DNA of 55,890 bases, the filler included, from Dugesia japonica (lineage: Eukaryota), in the NCBI GenBank assembly GCA_001938525.1. It is 4 parts of 4 records of this genome, joined end to end, with 100 filler letters (N's around TTAATTAATTAA, not from the genome) between each part and the next. Parts side by side here need not be neighbours in the genome. Positions count along the whole stretch, not along the records: positions 20,493 to 36,661 come from MQRL01588508.1; positions 36,762 to 46,181 come from MQRL01607794.1; 2 more parts are not named here. One strand, 5' to 3'. Below the pieces are notes generated by a model that had not been told where the DNA came from, searched no databases, and worked only from the letters and a program-made list of their open reading frames with translations. The position numbers were made by a program, and so were the translations under genes. Positions 25,418-37,018 of this stretch are shown here, piece by piece; position 1 is the first letter of the stretch, and each line of letters starts with the position of its first letter.

Positions 25418-25837
25418 CTAAATGAATGAAGAGAGTTGCGAGTAAGGTGGTGGCTGGGTCGTGGTAAGGCCAACTACAGTTGGGCTTTCCGACCAAACCC
25501 GTTCGACGCGTGGCATTAGTGGAGATGTAGTATTGAGATGGGGTACAGATGGATATCGTGGTTGGTCTCTCCTCGGGCCACACCAATGATAATATGCTGC
25601 TCGATCAGCCGCGTCCCAACTTCGGTCCTCCGCTGCTTGCTCAGGAGGCACGTTAGAGCGTTCTATCAACACTCCTGCGNCCTGGTTNTATGGGTTTCGA
25701 AATTTTTTGAAAGTGGTTAAGCCAGATCGAGTGTCTAAGGTCACATCCCAGACGTAATCCATTAAAAATCTATAATAAGTGAACATTAACCAGGCGACAA
25801 TAAACAAAATTAAGACGTGGATTCTCTCATAAAACAT
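25418..25837 (-). CDS. Orphan cassette ORF-B: 139-aa protein with an N-terminal hydrophobic/TM segment and a C-terminal PPPY motif
   Basis: IHVLILFIVAWLMFTYY at the N-terminus and QPPPYSQL at 25442-25453. The frame is open and GC is elevated. Confidence 0.65.
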   Translation of the reverse strand: MFYERIHVLILFIVAWLMFTYYRFLMDYVWDVTLDTRSGLTTFKKFRNPXNQXAGVLIERSNVPPEQAAEDRSWDAADRAAYYHWCGPRRDQPRYPSVPHLNTTSPLMPRVERVWSESPTVVGLTTTQPPPYSQLSSFI

Positions 25838-25896
25838 TTAGTTTATTGGTTAATCAAATTAAGATAAAGATAATTCACACTAGACAATTATGTAAG

Positions 25897-26082
25897 TCAG
25901 TCCTCCTCATCTATATCGACGGGAGCAACGAACGGAATTAGCTCGACGAAACATTGAAGATCCGTTTCNTCAGGGTGCTCCACCGCTCCGTAGGTCAAAT
26001 AATGGGCAATTAATTGCTTGAGCCTAGCAGATCGCCGTTGTCTCTTAATCCATCTTAACATGTTGCGTAACTTTGCCGGCAT
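25897..26082 (-). CDS. Orphan cassette ORF-A: 61 aa, basic N-terminus and acidic C-terminus
   Basis: Acceptor ttttctgttttag lies 3 nt before the ATG. MPAKLRNMLRWIKRQRRSARLK...DIDEED. Confidence 0.55.
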   Translation of the reverse strand: MPAKLRNMLRWIKRQRRSARLKQLIAHYLTYGAVEHPXETDLQCFVELIPFVAPVDIDEED

Positions 26083-28718
26083 TGGCTAAAACAGAAAATA
26101 TTACGACATTGATAATTAGCATTTTATATTTGCCTAAAGCGAGACGTAATAATAATACCTAGAAATCTAACCGGATGACGTATCCTCTCCCTTTTAGATA
26201 TAAAAAATAATAGCGATGGCCGTTGGAGTAAAATTATAATTGGTTGACTGCTCGTAGTAATTCACCGGATTTAAGCAGATCCCTGTATTTAATAATCAAC
26301 TATATATTAACCTTGTCATTATAATATGTCTAAAAGAGGATTTCATAAATGAAACTTTCCAACGAATGCTTAGCGCTAGTGCACGTGATAATGATAATAA
26401 TAGCCGAAGTAATAACCATCATCGTGATATTACTAATATCAGTCAACGCTGTTATAGACCTAGTGATCAATCATAATAATAAAAATGACAAAAAGAATGA
26501 TTTTGATAATAACAAAATATAATCATAATAATTTATCTTCAGATCATCATTATGAAGAATAAAACGAAGTAATATTGTAATTAATCATTTTTAGATTCCA
26601 TACATTATAGCTATCAGTTACTTAGCCAAGTTTGCCGAAAATAGTTCCTGTAGGGTTTGAACCGAGAGTGTGATTGGGTTTTACTTGGCAGGCAAAAACT
26701 TATCTCATAAATAAGATTGATTAATGCCTTTACATAACGATATGCTCACGAGTCTGGATATTTTCCATGGAGTCAAATAACGCCTATGTATCATGTTCAT
26801 GTCGTAATTCGATGCTAAAGCGATAGTGATTTATCTATGATTTATAAAATTCAAATTATAAATATTTTATTCTCAACGTTGGTCTGGAACCACCGCTCTA
26901 TAACTAAAACAGTATTATTCAGATTTTATCATTTAAAAATTGAGCGTAAGTTGTTGTCATGATTATTGCCAAGGTCATCTCTAAGCAAGGAATATTTCTA
27001 CATGAGAGTGTGTGCGATTTTATTTTACAAACATTACATCTAACACACATTCTTATATCGACATTGCAATCCTGACAAGCAGGTACTGCGGATTTTTGAT
27101 TGTCTCAATTTTAACTTATGTCGGTGACAACAATGCAACATAAACTTCTGTTTACAGGTGAAATTATATGCCGGATGAATCGATGGAAAAGCATTGATGG
27201 AAATCATTGTTGGCAACAATTTGGATAAGTAATTTAATTTTTTCGGTTTTGAGATTTAACTCCTAGTTCAGCCTATTGAAGTAGTTAATTTTACAGCTAA
27301 GCTCGATGGTGATAAAATGCAGCCTAACATTAGTCGGTAAATAGTTTTTTGGACAATGGATTATAATTAATGAATTTTTTTACAAGAACTATGGTGGATT
27401 GTACAGGTAACTACTTTGATTGTTAGGCAAAATTTCTGCTTTATGAATAACTAATCTTAGAACCATTTCCTTTTTGTGTTTGTAAATATTAATTATAATA
27501 AACTGAGACTTTTGTTCATTTTCATCTAATATTTAGTAAGGACTGCTGCATATAAAGTTAAATTGTCATTAATTAACTTAGTAAATGATTTATCGAATAA
27601 AATACTATAATTACTGATACCGGATTTCGCTTTACAATATCTAATTGGGTTAAAAACAAGAATTTTAAGTTAACAATAAACAATCATAACTATATTATCT
27701 GAATACATAGTGAATCAGTTACCCAGAAGTAAATAAGCTTTCATAGAAACTAATTCTTTTATTTTATCATTTAAATTAAAACATGGATAATTTTATTGTA
27801 ATCATTTATTATAACTAATTAATAACAACAAAAATAATAATTACTTATATACGATTCCACAAAATACGGAATAAACTGATTTGATTCGAATCTGTCTGCA
27901 ACGGGTACTCGGTAAAATATTGCCTACTAGCTTTGGAATGGAAAATTTTTTGAATTTGGCTTCCTTATTTCTTAAGTTCTGAAAAAGTAATTAATCGTGG
28001 TCCGTTTAACAATTATCCCACTTTGATACTATTTTTAACTATATTGCCGCCAATTGCGCGATAACTGATATCTAATTATTTTTCTTTCGGTCAAATTAAA
28101 ATGGTCCTCGAAGATTCTTTTTAACGGTACGTGACACTTTATAAGGTTGAATTTAGAATTTATTGTTGTTTTTTCGTCTAAAACCGGGGCTCCTTTTATA
28201 GGATTTTCTTGACACCCCAACTTGTTCTTGATTTGCCGTTTATTTTTAAATTTGAATATCGTGATNNNNNNNNNNNNNNNNNNNNNNNNNNNNNNNNNNN
28301 NTAGACTTTTCTGTAAATCTGTTGGTGGTTATTTTTAGAGTGTCAGGTGAGTTTCTGTTCTTTGTTTTATTTTAAATTACTGGATGCTCATTGGGTAAAA
28401 CTTAGAATCCTTACCATGCCCCTTCAGAAGGTGGTACGTTTTTTCTTTTTTGGCTTTTAGTTGCACCTGATTATTTTCTTTTCAATTTTTCCTGTCCGAA
28501 TTTCCTCCGACTTCCTGGACCGAAGTTATCTGTAAAAAACAGATTTTTGTCTAATTTTGTTTCTTTTTTTTTCTTCAAAATTAATTATTTCTTGTTATTT
28601 CTTTTTATTTATTAAATTTTTCTTAATTTCTAATCATAAGCGGCTTCCATTTTTCCATATCCCTCTTTGATTTAATTTCATTTCTTTTCGTTATTGCTTC
28701 TAGGCTTTGGTTTCCATC

Positions 28719-29917
28719 ATGGTTGATCCGCAAATGTCCAATGATGATTTATTTTCTGCCTTAGTGAGTGTTTCATCCCAACACAATGATCAAAATACTC
28801 TCAATGAACTATTCGTAAGAATCAATGAACGTATGAAAATTGAAGATGCAACATTTTTTATATTTATATAAGATAATGTTCAAGAAAGTAAGTCAATGAT
28901 TACAGTTGAAATTATAGGTTACAAGAAATGGGAAGATATAGTAAAACCAATATGGAAAGTCGAATCAACTCAGCGAGTCTAACCATTCAGCGGGCACGTC
29001 GTTCATAAAGTCGAACGCGGCCTTGTCATCATCATTGTTATAACTCGTCCAAGTGTAGATTTCATATCGTGCGGTCAGGTCTGCAATATACTGAGTGAGG
29101 AAATTGACCTTATTGAAAAGGCGATTAGCAGTTCTATTAGCTATCTCCAACTGCTTTTTTTAAACTATCTGTAATTTTTTAATTAAGTGGTTCTTTTGGG
29201 AAATGTGACGGAGCAGGGTCCGTTCACATCGTTTGGTGTAATGCCGTTCAAGAAGAAATTTTTGGAGAAACTTGTGGCACCATTGTTAACTGCTTGGGAG
29301 ACGAATTTTTGGCACTATACAAAGATATTGAATGAAGAATTAATCGTTAAATGTTATAATAAATTAAGGAAGACAGTTTAATACCAAAAATTTGTATTCA
29401 TTTGGTACAATTCGAATTTGCGTTTGGGTGGCCTTATCTATCATTAAGGGTTCTTCAGGAATGTGCTTACGCATGTTTAATAGATCTATTACCAGTTTAT
29501 TTTCATGGTCATAGAGAGACCGGATTACCTCAGCGAAGGACTCGAGCTGTCTCTTCTATATTCGCTCTTGATCGTGCGATGCTCGGCCTCAAGCCTATAG
29601 TAGTTCTAGATATGTATATCAGCCCTCAAGTAGTTGAAACCACTATACAAAATTATCAAGGAATGACCTTACTCGATGAAAAAGTATGTCCACGAGAAAA
29701 AATCAAATATTTTAACCAACAAACAACTGGTTATCATGACACTTCAATTATCAACTTAGCAGATGCATGCCCAATCATCATTAAAGCTCGACAAATGTTC
29801 TACGGAAAGATAGTCATTGGTTACGACATAGGTAAAAAATTATCCAGTTTGTATATAGACCATCGCCACATTATCGGATTTAGTAGATTTACAAAAAAAG
29901 TAGAAAATTTCTATTGA
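28719..29917 (+). pseudogene. Degenerate REX4/ISG20-like DEDDh exonuclease gene split by a 626-nt antisense insert (parts 28719-28964 and 29591-29917)
   Basis: KPIVVLDMYISPQVVETTIQNYQGMTLLDEKVCPREKIKYFNQQTTG...FYGKIVIGYDI follows the REX4 pattern IVALDCEM..VSIVNY.G..LYD.YVKP...SG...GRILVGH. The catalytic E and the ExoII/III residues are not retained. Confidence 0.6.
28965..29590 (-). mobile_element. Second, diverged partial copy of the orphan cassette (ORF-C 3' part and ORF-D)
   Basis: QLESFAEVIRSLYDHENKLVIDLLNMRKHIPEEPLMIDKATQTQ and PKIRLPSS*QWCHKFLQKFLLERH...KVNFLTQYIADL...DDDKAAFDF...WLD. The splice acceptor is in the same position as in copy 1. Confidence 0.8.
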
Positions 29918-31806
29918 TTTTTAATAAATACAAAATATTTTTATTTATAATTTATTATTTTTATTTGTAATCATATCGATTTTTAACATATGTCAATAAG
30001 TTTTAGTAAATATCAGTGTTTTGTGTACGTGGGTGACAGCTAAAAATTTTGTATAAATAGGTTTGATTTTCAGTAGCTGATCACCCAACTTTTAAACATC
30101 TCAAGTGAAGTAGAAGTTTACCTGAACTGACACTTACGAGATNAAAATACTACCGCCGTATCATATTAAATTGATTTATCAATAAAAATTTTCTAAAAGT
30201 AATTAGTTCATATTTTATTAAATAACTAACTATATAGTATATTTATATTGATATCTTTCATATATATTAACGATATTAGGATTAAATAAGGAAACTATAA
30301 GTCTATTATATATGATTCGGATTGTTTAAGGACACATTAAAAGACTGATAAACTCACGCAATTGCTGATTTGCTTTGGCAACAATCCCCAAAGCATCTCA
30401 ACAATAATATTGCAGGGATATATTTAGACAGTTCCTATAACAATTAAATAACAAAATAGATGAGAAAAATTTTATTAAGTAATTTACGATACATTAATAA
30501 CAATTTCATAGGATTTTTATGAAATCGAAATGCATACTTACTAGATAAAAAATTCTTTTCCGCAACGAGAATATGACTAATTTCTAAGAACTGTTTATAG
30601 ATTTAACTGGTTTTACTTCTATTAAAGTTCAACTAAGACTTGGAAATTTTGAATTAAAATGTTGACTAAATAATTTGATAAAATGTCAAAATTTTAGGGT
30701 GGTTTAATAGCATTCCTGATGCACCCCACTCTATTCTGGTTGCTGGTCTATTTTATTAAAAAAAATTATTAATTACTATTGTAATTTGAATTAGGTTCCA
30801 ATTTTGTAAATAGTATCCATTTATTGTAAACAATTTATTTAATATAATTAGTTTTAAATTGCATCAATGTAAGTAGAATCAAGAATAATTAAAAAAAACA
30901 TTAATAATTAAAAAATATTTAAATAAAATTGTTGGAGAAAACATAAGCCAACCCTAAATACACACGCATGCACGCATCTACAACACATAACAAGACACAA
31001 CATATTCGAATTCGAACCAAGTCAATCAAATCAACTCAAAAATGATTCCATCGAATCCAAAATTATTTGGATATTTGACATCATATTTATGTGATTACTT
31101 GACATAAATTCTTATTTTAATATGTTGACATTATATTATTAATTTTATTATGTTGTTATTAATTTTATTTTATTATGTTATTAATTTTAATTTATTATTT
31201 TATTGTATTCAATTTTATTTTTGCATTATAGATTTTCGGATCTATTTGTATAATTTTACATTTAATTCATGAATTATATTAAGAAATCAATTTTTACTTG
31301 ATTTGTTTGTTTTGAATTCTTGGGTTTATTTATTATTGAAAGAGACAGTTGAAGGAAATAATAATTGATTTTGAATTCATTTCAATCGTTATGTGGAAAC
31401 TATAAAATAAATTCTGTATTTTAAAAAAATTATTTACTTATTTTGTGTTCATTGATTGCATGTTCAAAAGAGTATAAATACACTCACAGAACACATTTTT
31501 ATCACCCTCGAAAAAACTCGTCTAATAGTTTTTAACTTGTATAGTTAAACAACTAAGAGTAAAAATCATAACTTGTGCACATATTTTTATTGACAATATA
31601 AATTTAAAAGTAATAATTTTATTTATTATTTCATAGGAGCTACTATATAGCATATTTATAATTATCGATTTATCTTTAGAAAATATATTAAGATCATAAG
31701 GTGAAGCATAAAACTCGATATATTGGATTGTTAAATTAATAAATTTATATCTAAACTCGCCCGTTGTTGATTTATTTTGGCTAAAATCCCTAAATATCTC
31801 AACAAT

Positions 31807-32472
31807 ATAATATTTACAACTACTAATTTCAAGTCACAATTTACCTATTTTATATTATATTATTTTTTATATATATGGACACCACACATCATATAACATG
31901 TAGTATTTTGTCTTGTTGAATTCTCTCAATTTAATCCATATAGGTAATTTATTAATTTAATTTAATGTATTTATTTTTAGACTGTCAATGCAATCCAGCT
32001 CAAATATAATCCAGAAAATTATCAAAAGTTATAAAAATGAAATAAGTTTTAATATATGTTGTCATTTTAATTGTTACAATTTTGTAAATAGTATCCATTT
32101 AATGTAAACAGATTTATTTAATGTAATTAGTTTCAAATTGCATCAATGTAAGTAGAATCAATAATAAATAAAAGAAACATTAATAATTAAAAAATATTTA
32201 CATAAGATAATATTTACAACTACTAGTTTCAAGTCAAAATTTACCTATTTTATATTATATTATTTTTTATACATATGGACACCACACATTATATAACATG
32301 TAGTATTTTGTCTTGGTGAATTCTCTCAATTCAATCTATATAGATAATTTATTATTATAATTTAATGTATTTATTTTTAGACTGTCAATGCAATCCAGCT
32401 CAAATATGATCCAGAAAATTATCAAAATTTATAAAGATAAAATAAGTTATAATAAGAAATATTGTCATTTGA
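31807..32472 (+). repeat. Tandem duplication (~265 nt x2) of a small spliced gene start; the spacer duplicates 30798-30925
   Basis: 31807-32070 is similar to 32207-32472 (ATGGACACCACAC...ttttagACTGTCAATGCAATCCAGC). 32490-32580 is similar to 32688-32770. Confidence 0.8.
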
Positions 32473-33239
32473 ATTGTGTTTTGAACACAGTAGTAATAAG
32501 AATTATCAAGCGAGACGCGTTCACCGTATGCCCAGATGATTACCACTATCCTTATTATGCCGATTATGCTTTATGCTGTGTGGTTATATTCGGGTAAATA
32601 AATAGCTGAAAATTACAATTCAATCATAATTTGCTAGTTGGCAGAATGTTTTATAATTAGCAGAAATTTTGAAGCAATTAAATTAAAGTAGTAATAAGAT
32701 TAATCAAGCGAGGCGTTTTCACTGTGTGCCAAGATGATGACCAGTATACTGATGATGCTTTATGCTGTTTTATGCTTCGTGGGGTAAATTTATCGATTTC
32801 ATTGCTTGAATATTTGATATAATAATAGGTAGTGCTTTCATAAAATTTTGTATATTTTGTATTTTTATAGTTTATTTTACTGATTTGATTACAAGCAATT
32901 TTTATAAATTATACTTAATAACTCTTAACATATAACTCACAATATGTATTAATTTTAATGGATTTTAAATTCTTTAGTTAAGATGATATGATTCATCTGC
33001 AAAATTTTTACTTTTACAATGGTTTTTTAAGTTGTGATAGTTCAGTGTAAAAATAATGTTAGTTCTTACTAGTTAGTATCATAATGATTAAGTTTAGCAA
33101 TTTTATACGATGTTTAGAATGGAAATTGATAATATTATGGGTTTAAATTGAGTTATAGTAATAACTTAGAATGTTCGAGAAAAACAGGACTCTTGACATA
33201 AGGCAATCTAAATCGTTAACTTTAATAGGCTGTAAAGAA

Positions 33240-34040
33240 ATATGAACCAACTTACAAGATATTAAGTCATTTTGATTTTTTAACTGAAGTGCAAAGAACA
33301 TTTCGAAGTACTTATGGAACACAACTCGCATATCGTGAATCAATTTATATATTGAAAGTTGAGACCGAGAATTTCTAATGAAATGTTTGATCGTATTCGT
33401 CAAAGTTTTTCCAGTAATCATAATAATAAACAATAAACCACATTCCACAGTTATTCGTAAACTCCGTCATTTTTATCCGTATGAAATTCAACTTTTTCGT
33501 AAGTTTCATCGGAATGACAAGATTACTCGCGCTAATTTTGAGTGGATATGCTGGAAACCATATCAGCTGCAAGTCCCTTTACATAGATCCAAAAAAATGT
33601 CGTCAAGCCCACAAGAAAAAAACACTTTCATTCTATAAGATGGTGCACCGCGGTATGAGCCTTTTGGTTTGTACCTTCCTCAATAACTGGTTAACTGGAA
33701 TATGGATGAATGGATGTCTCCATTGCTTGACCATCACTGGATTTTTTTAATCTGGGGTTATATAAAAGACCGCATGTATTCAAGCAAAATAGAAGTTTGG
33801 AACATTTATAGACTAGAATTACAGATACCATTGCAATAGTCACTTCGGAAATGTGCAAAACACCTGGTCTGATATTGAGAATAGGCTTGACATGCTACAT
33901 ACAACAAATTGCTCCTGTGTTAAAATGTACTGATAATAAAGAAGGGGCTACGAATTTGGAACTTTCTGCTATATTGTCTTGTAAATAAATTATGATTATA
34001 ATTATTATTATTGTATTATTCCTTTATAAGCACCATGATT
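33240..34040 (+). mobile_element. Internally deleted rosa/DD41D-like Tc1-mariner remnant
   Basis: HFYPYEIQL, *DGAP, TFLNN..WMNG, IWGYIKDRMY, RITDTIAIVTSEM and NRLDML are motifs typical of this lineage. Confidence 0.65.
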
Positions 34041-34466
34041 GACTTCGTGTTTGATCCAACTTGGTATATGAATTATTAGACATAATTATTCCTTTCGCAT
34101 ACCAGAAAAGAGCTAAGATAGTGGAACCCAAGCCAAATGGAAAGCTCTCTGCAGATTCATAAACACCGCCGTTTCCTAAAATCGAGAAATAGGACACTCG
34201 ATCAAATTTTTGTGGATGTCTTGGAATGTTACATGTACGCCCTACAGAATCCCAACAATAATATTAATTTTCTTATGTAAATTTTCTGAAAACAATAATC
34301 ACATGGCAAAACCAATGCTGATACTTTTAGAACAGTGCATTAATTTAAAAATGAATGTAGAATTAAATTGTTTAATATTTTTACCTATAAGAACAGTGGT
34401 TCATTTATATACACTCGATTATATTATAACTACATCAATATGATATCTGTGATTTATTTTTATTAG

Positions 34467-34795
34467 ATAAAAACATTCAACCATTATGTAGTTGTTTAAA
34501 TAATAATAATCAACTCTTCTTTACAACATTAATACATTCTCCAACTATAAAGAGAATGAAAATTCTACAAGCATTTTCATTTGTTAAATATGATTTACTC
34601 GAGAATATTGTAAATATTGTTTGTGGTAATGTAACTTTAAGCGAAGAGAGAAGAAAAGTATTGGAAAACAGAAATTCACTGTTGTCAATTGTAAATACCA
34701 AGAATAAAAAATTTAACAAAAAGTATTGCATGAACAAAATTATAACAATAATACTACCTATAGCATTAAACTTTTTAAATCTAGCCAAATTTTAA
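34467..34795 (+). CDS. Maverick/Polinton-type small basic accessory ORF homolog
   Basis: KRMKILQ...LLENIVNIVCGNVTLSEERRKVLENRNSLLSIV..KNKKFNKK...IILPIAL fits the R..IL...EI..NIL.GNV.LS...K..L...K..L pattern of a Maverick small ORF. The frame is open upstream to an acceptor at ~34466. Confidence 0.55.
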
Positions 34796-34988
34796 TAAAT
34801 TATGAATCTATGGACAACAGTTCGAAGAATATTATAAAACGTTTGATTATTATTGTTATTAATATAAATTTGAATTAGTTTAATTTCATATAAAAAATGT
34901 ATTAAACAAAAACAATTAAACTTAAAATATTGGTTATTAGAAATTATACACTAAATCGAATTATTATTAGGACATATAATAAAGAATA

Positions 34989-35288
34989 ATGAGTCAACAA
35001 AATGAAAATTTAATGGATAAAGAATCATGGCCAAATAATAGCGAAGATGAAAGAGAATATTTCGATTTTGAAGAGATATCAGATGATGAAAATTGGTATG
35101 TTGATTCTGAAGACGATGAATTTTTATTACCTGAAGAGAAAGGTATGGTTTATTTTAAGTGTATTAAATAATTAATTTATTAATTATTGTGTTTAGAAAT
35201 TATAAGAACCATTTTGCAAAGTAAATATAGAAATCTTAAGAAAATATCACAAAATTGGTATCCAGAAAGATATCCAGTGCGCTACTAA
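34989..35288 (+). CDS. Intact two-exon 81-aa orphan microgene (exons 34989-35142 and 35197-35288)
   Basis: A 54-nt gtatgg...tttag phase-1 intron joins the acidic MSQQNENLMDKESW...DDEFLLPEEK to the basic EIIRTILQSKYRNLKKISQNWYPERYPVRY*. Total length is 246 nt, in frame. Confidence 0.6.
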
Positions 35289-35333
35289 CCCGAGTGTTGT
35301 AATTATATTAATTTTTAAAAAAAAATTTTGATA

Positions 35334-35647
35334 CAGTCAAGTCTCTCTAATACAACATCATCCTTATTAAACTCATAAAATCCTCTAATCTGACCTCTCA
35401 GATACGATGGATTTCTTAAGCTATAGTTGTTATTTTCCCATAACAAATTTACCTCACTAAACCGACATTTTAAATGATTTCGAAATTCTACTTACAGCTG
35501 ATAAATTTGTAAGCATCAGTCAAAAAAGGAATAATAGTTTATTTGATTATATTAAATAATAGCAAAAAAAATTTTCAAAATGCTCTTGAAAGTCGAACTT
35601 CTCCAATTCGGCATTTTAAACTAGTCACTTGAATCTCGATTCGACTG
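35334..35647. mobile_element. pogo/Tigger-type MITE
   Basis: TA followed by CAGTCAAGTCTC at the left end and GATTCGACTG at the right end (imperfect TIRs). No ORF. Confidence 0.45.
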
Positions 35648-36661
35648 CATTCTTTTTTTTATAATTGTAAGGGAAAGTAAAAAGTATATTTTAAGTTGCT
35701 GTTTCTATTTTTTATGTTTTATTCTAAAATATTATGAAGTTTAAATGTGTTTAAATATAGTTTTATTTAAATATGAAAATTTTTAATTGAGTGAATTTGG
35801 AAGCTGTAATTCTTGTGTTAAAAAATTATTCTAAGCTTGATTTTGCAAATTCTACTATGAATCAAACTAATTTGTATAAAGTGTTAGATGTCCAAATAAT
35901 TTACACGCCAAGACAGAAAATTTCTACAAAAAGAAAGTTTCAGGTTTGGAGTGAACTTGGATCATTGATGCATGCAAAGGATCCTCAGTGACAAAAAGAT
36001 GCGAGAATACGAGAAATAGAAACAACTTTAGACACAGAAACATGAATATGAAGTTCGTATGTCTCAGACTGATAAAATCGAAAACGATGAGAAGAAAATA
36101 GCAAATTTCCCAAGTAGTGTGTCGCGGTTGTTCGACCAGCAACCCGTCTTTACGTCAGCAAACCGGCCGACAAGGAAGCAATAAATGGACTTCCAATGTA
36201 TGACGTCGAGAAAGACACACATGTTACTATAGCGACAATTTATTGTTATCGACAGGATGGATGAACTATTATTATATTGAGTACATCTTAAAGATGGAAT
36301 CCGAAACTTAGATGATAATATATTAGAATCTTGGTGTTCAAAGTTTTTAGCATCAACGTTTTGATTTGATTTTCAGTATAACATACTGTTAAGTTTTGTT
36401 TTAAAGATACAATAAGTTCGCTAATTTTTTTCAATTCATCTATATCTGTAATGATTGCATTATGTTACGATCACGTTAAGTTAACGATATAGCATCTTTG
36501 TTGTTTAGAAATGTTAGCCAATATTGGTGAACTTAATCGCGAAGATCAACTTGCAGAACAAGCAGAGCAGAAAACATGCAGCGCAAACAAAGAGATGCGC
36601 GGAACGATTCAGAATTTGAAGAATTGAATTACGGAGTGTTAGTCACATACAAGAGCTAACT

Positions 36662-36761
36662 NNNNNNNNNNNNNNNNNNNNNNNNNNNNNNNNNNNNNNN
36701 NNNNNTTAATTAATTAANNNNNNNNNNNNNNNNNNNNNNNNNNNNNNNNNNNNNNNNNNNN
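36662..36761. other. Artificial contig spacer N44-TTAATTAATTAA-N44
   Basis: Identical to 20393-20492. Confidence 0.95.
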
Positions 36762-36786
36762 TATAATTATTATTATGATTATTATA

Positions 36787-36839
<53 letters not shown>

Positions 36840-36858
36840 TACTATGACTATTATAATT
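36762..36858. repeat. (ATT)n microsatellite
   Basis: Read directly from the sequence. Confidence 0.9.
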
Positions 36859-37018
36859 GGAAGTATTATTTTAAAATTTTCGTTTAGTTAGTATGTAACT
36901 GATCCTAGTTTAAGTGAATAAAAATCTGTTGATTATTAAATTTTTAAATGAAATATATTTAAATTTGAGAAATCTTTATTAAAATCATTAATAATTTTTC
37001 TTACCATAGTGTTACAAA

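Noticed and set aside
26184-26196. Polypurine tract AAAAGGGAGAGGA (minus strand) as a PPT opening a giant LTR that contains ORFs A-D
   Set aside because: It is followed by TAC rather than TG and does not match the CAACA end; unresolved without other copies.
27900-28660. Minus-strand spliced basic ORF pieces
   Set aside because: Splice signals are present, but stops and a gap prevent a consistent gene model.
29187-29381. Plus-strand 64-aa ORF
   Set aside because: It is the antisense shadow of ORF-D; the minus frame is the one conserved with 24335-24717.
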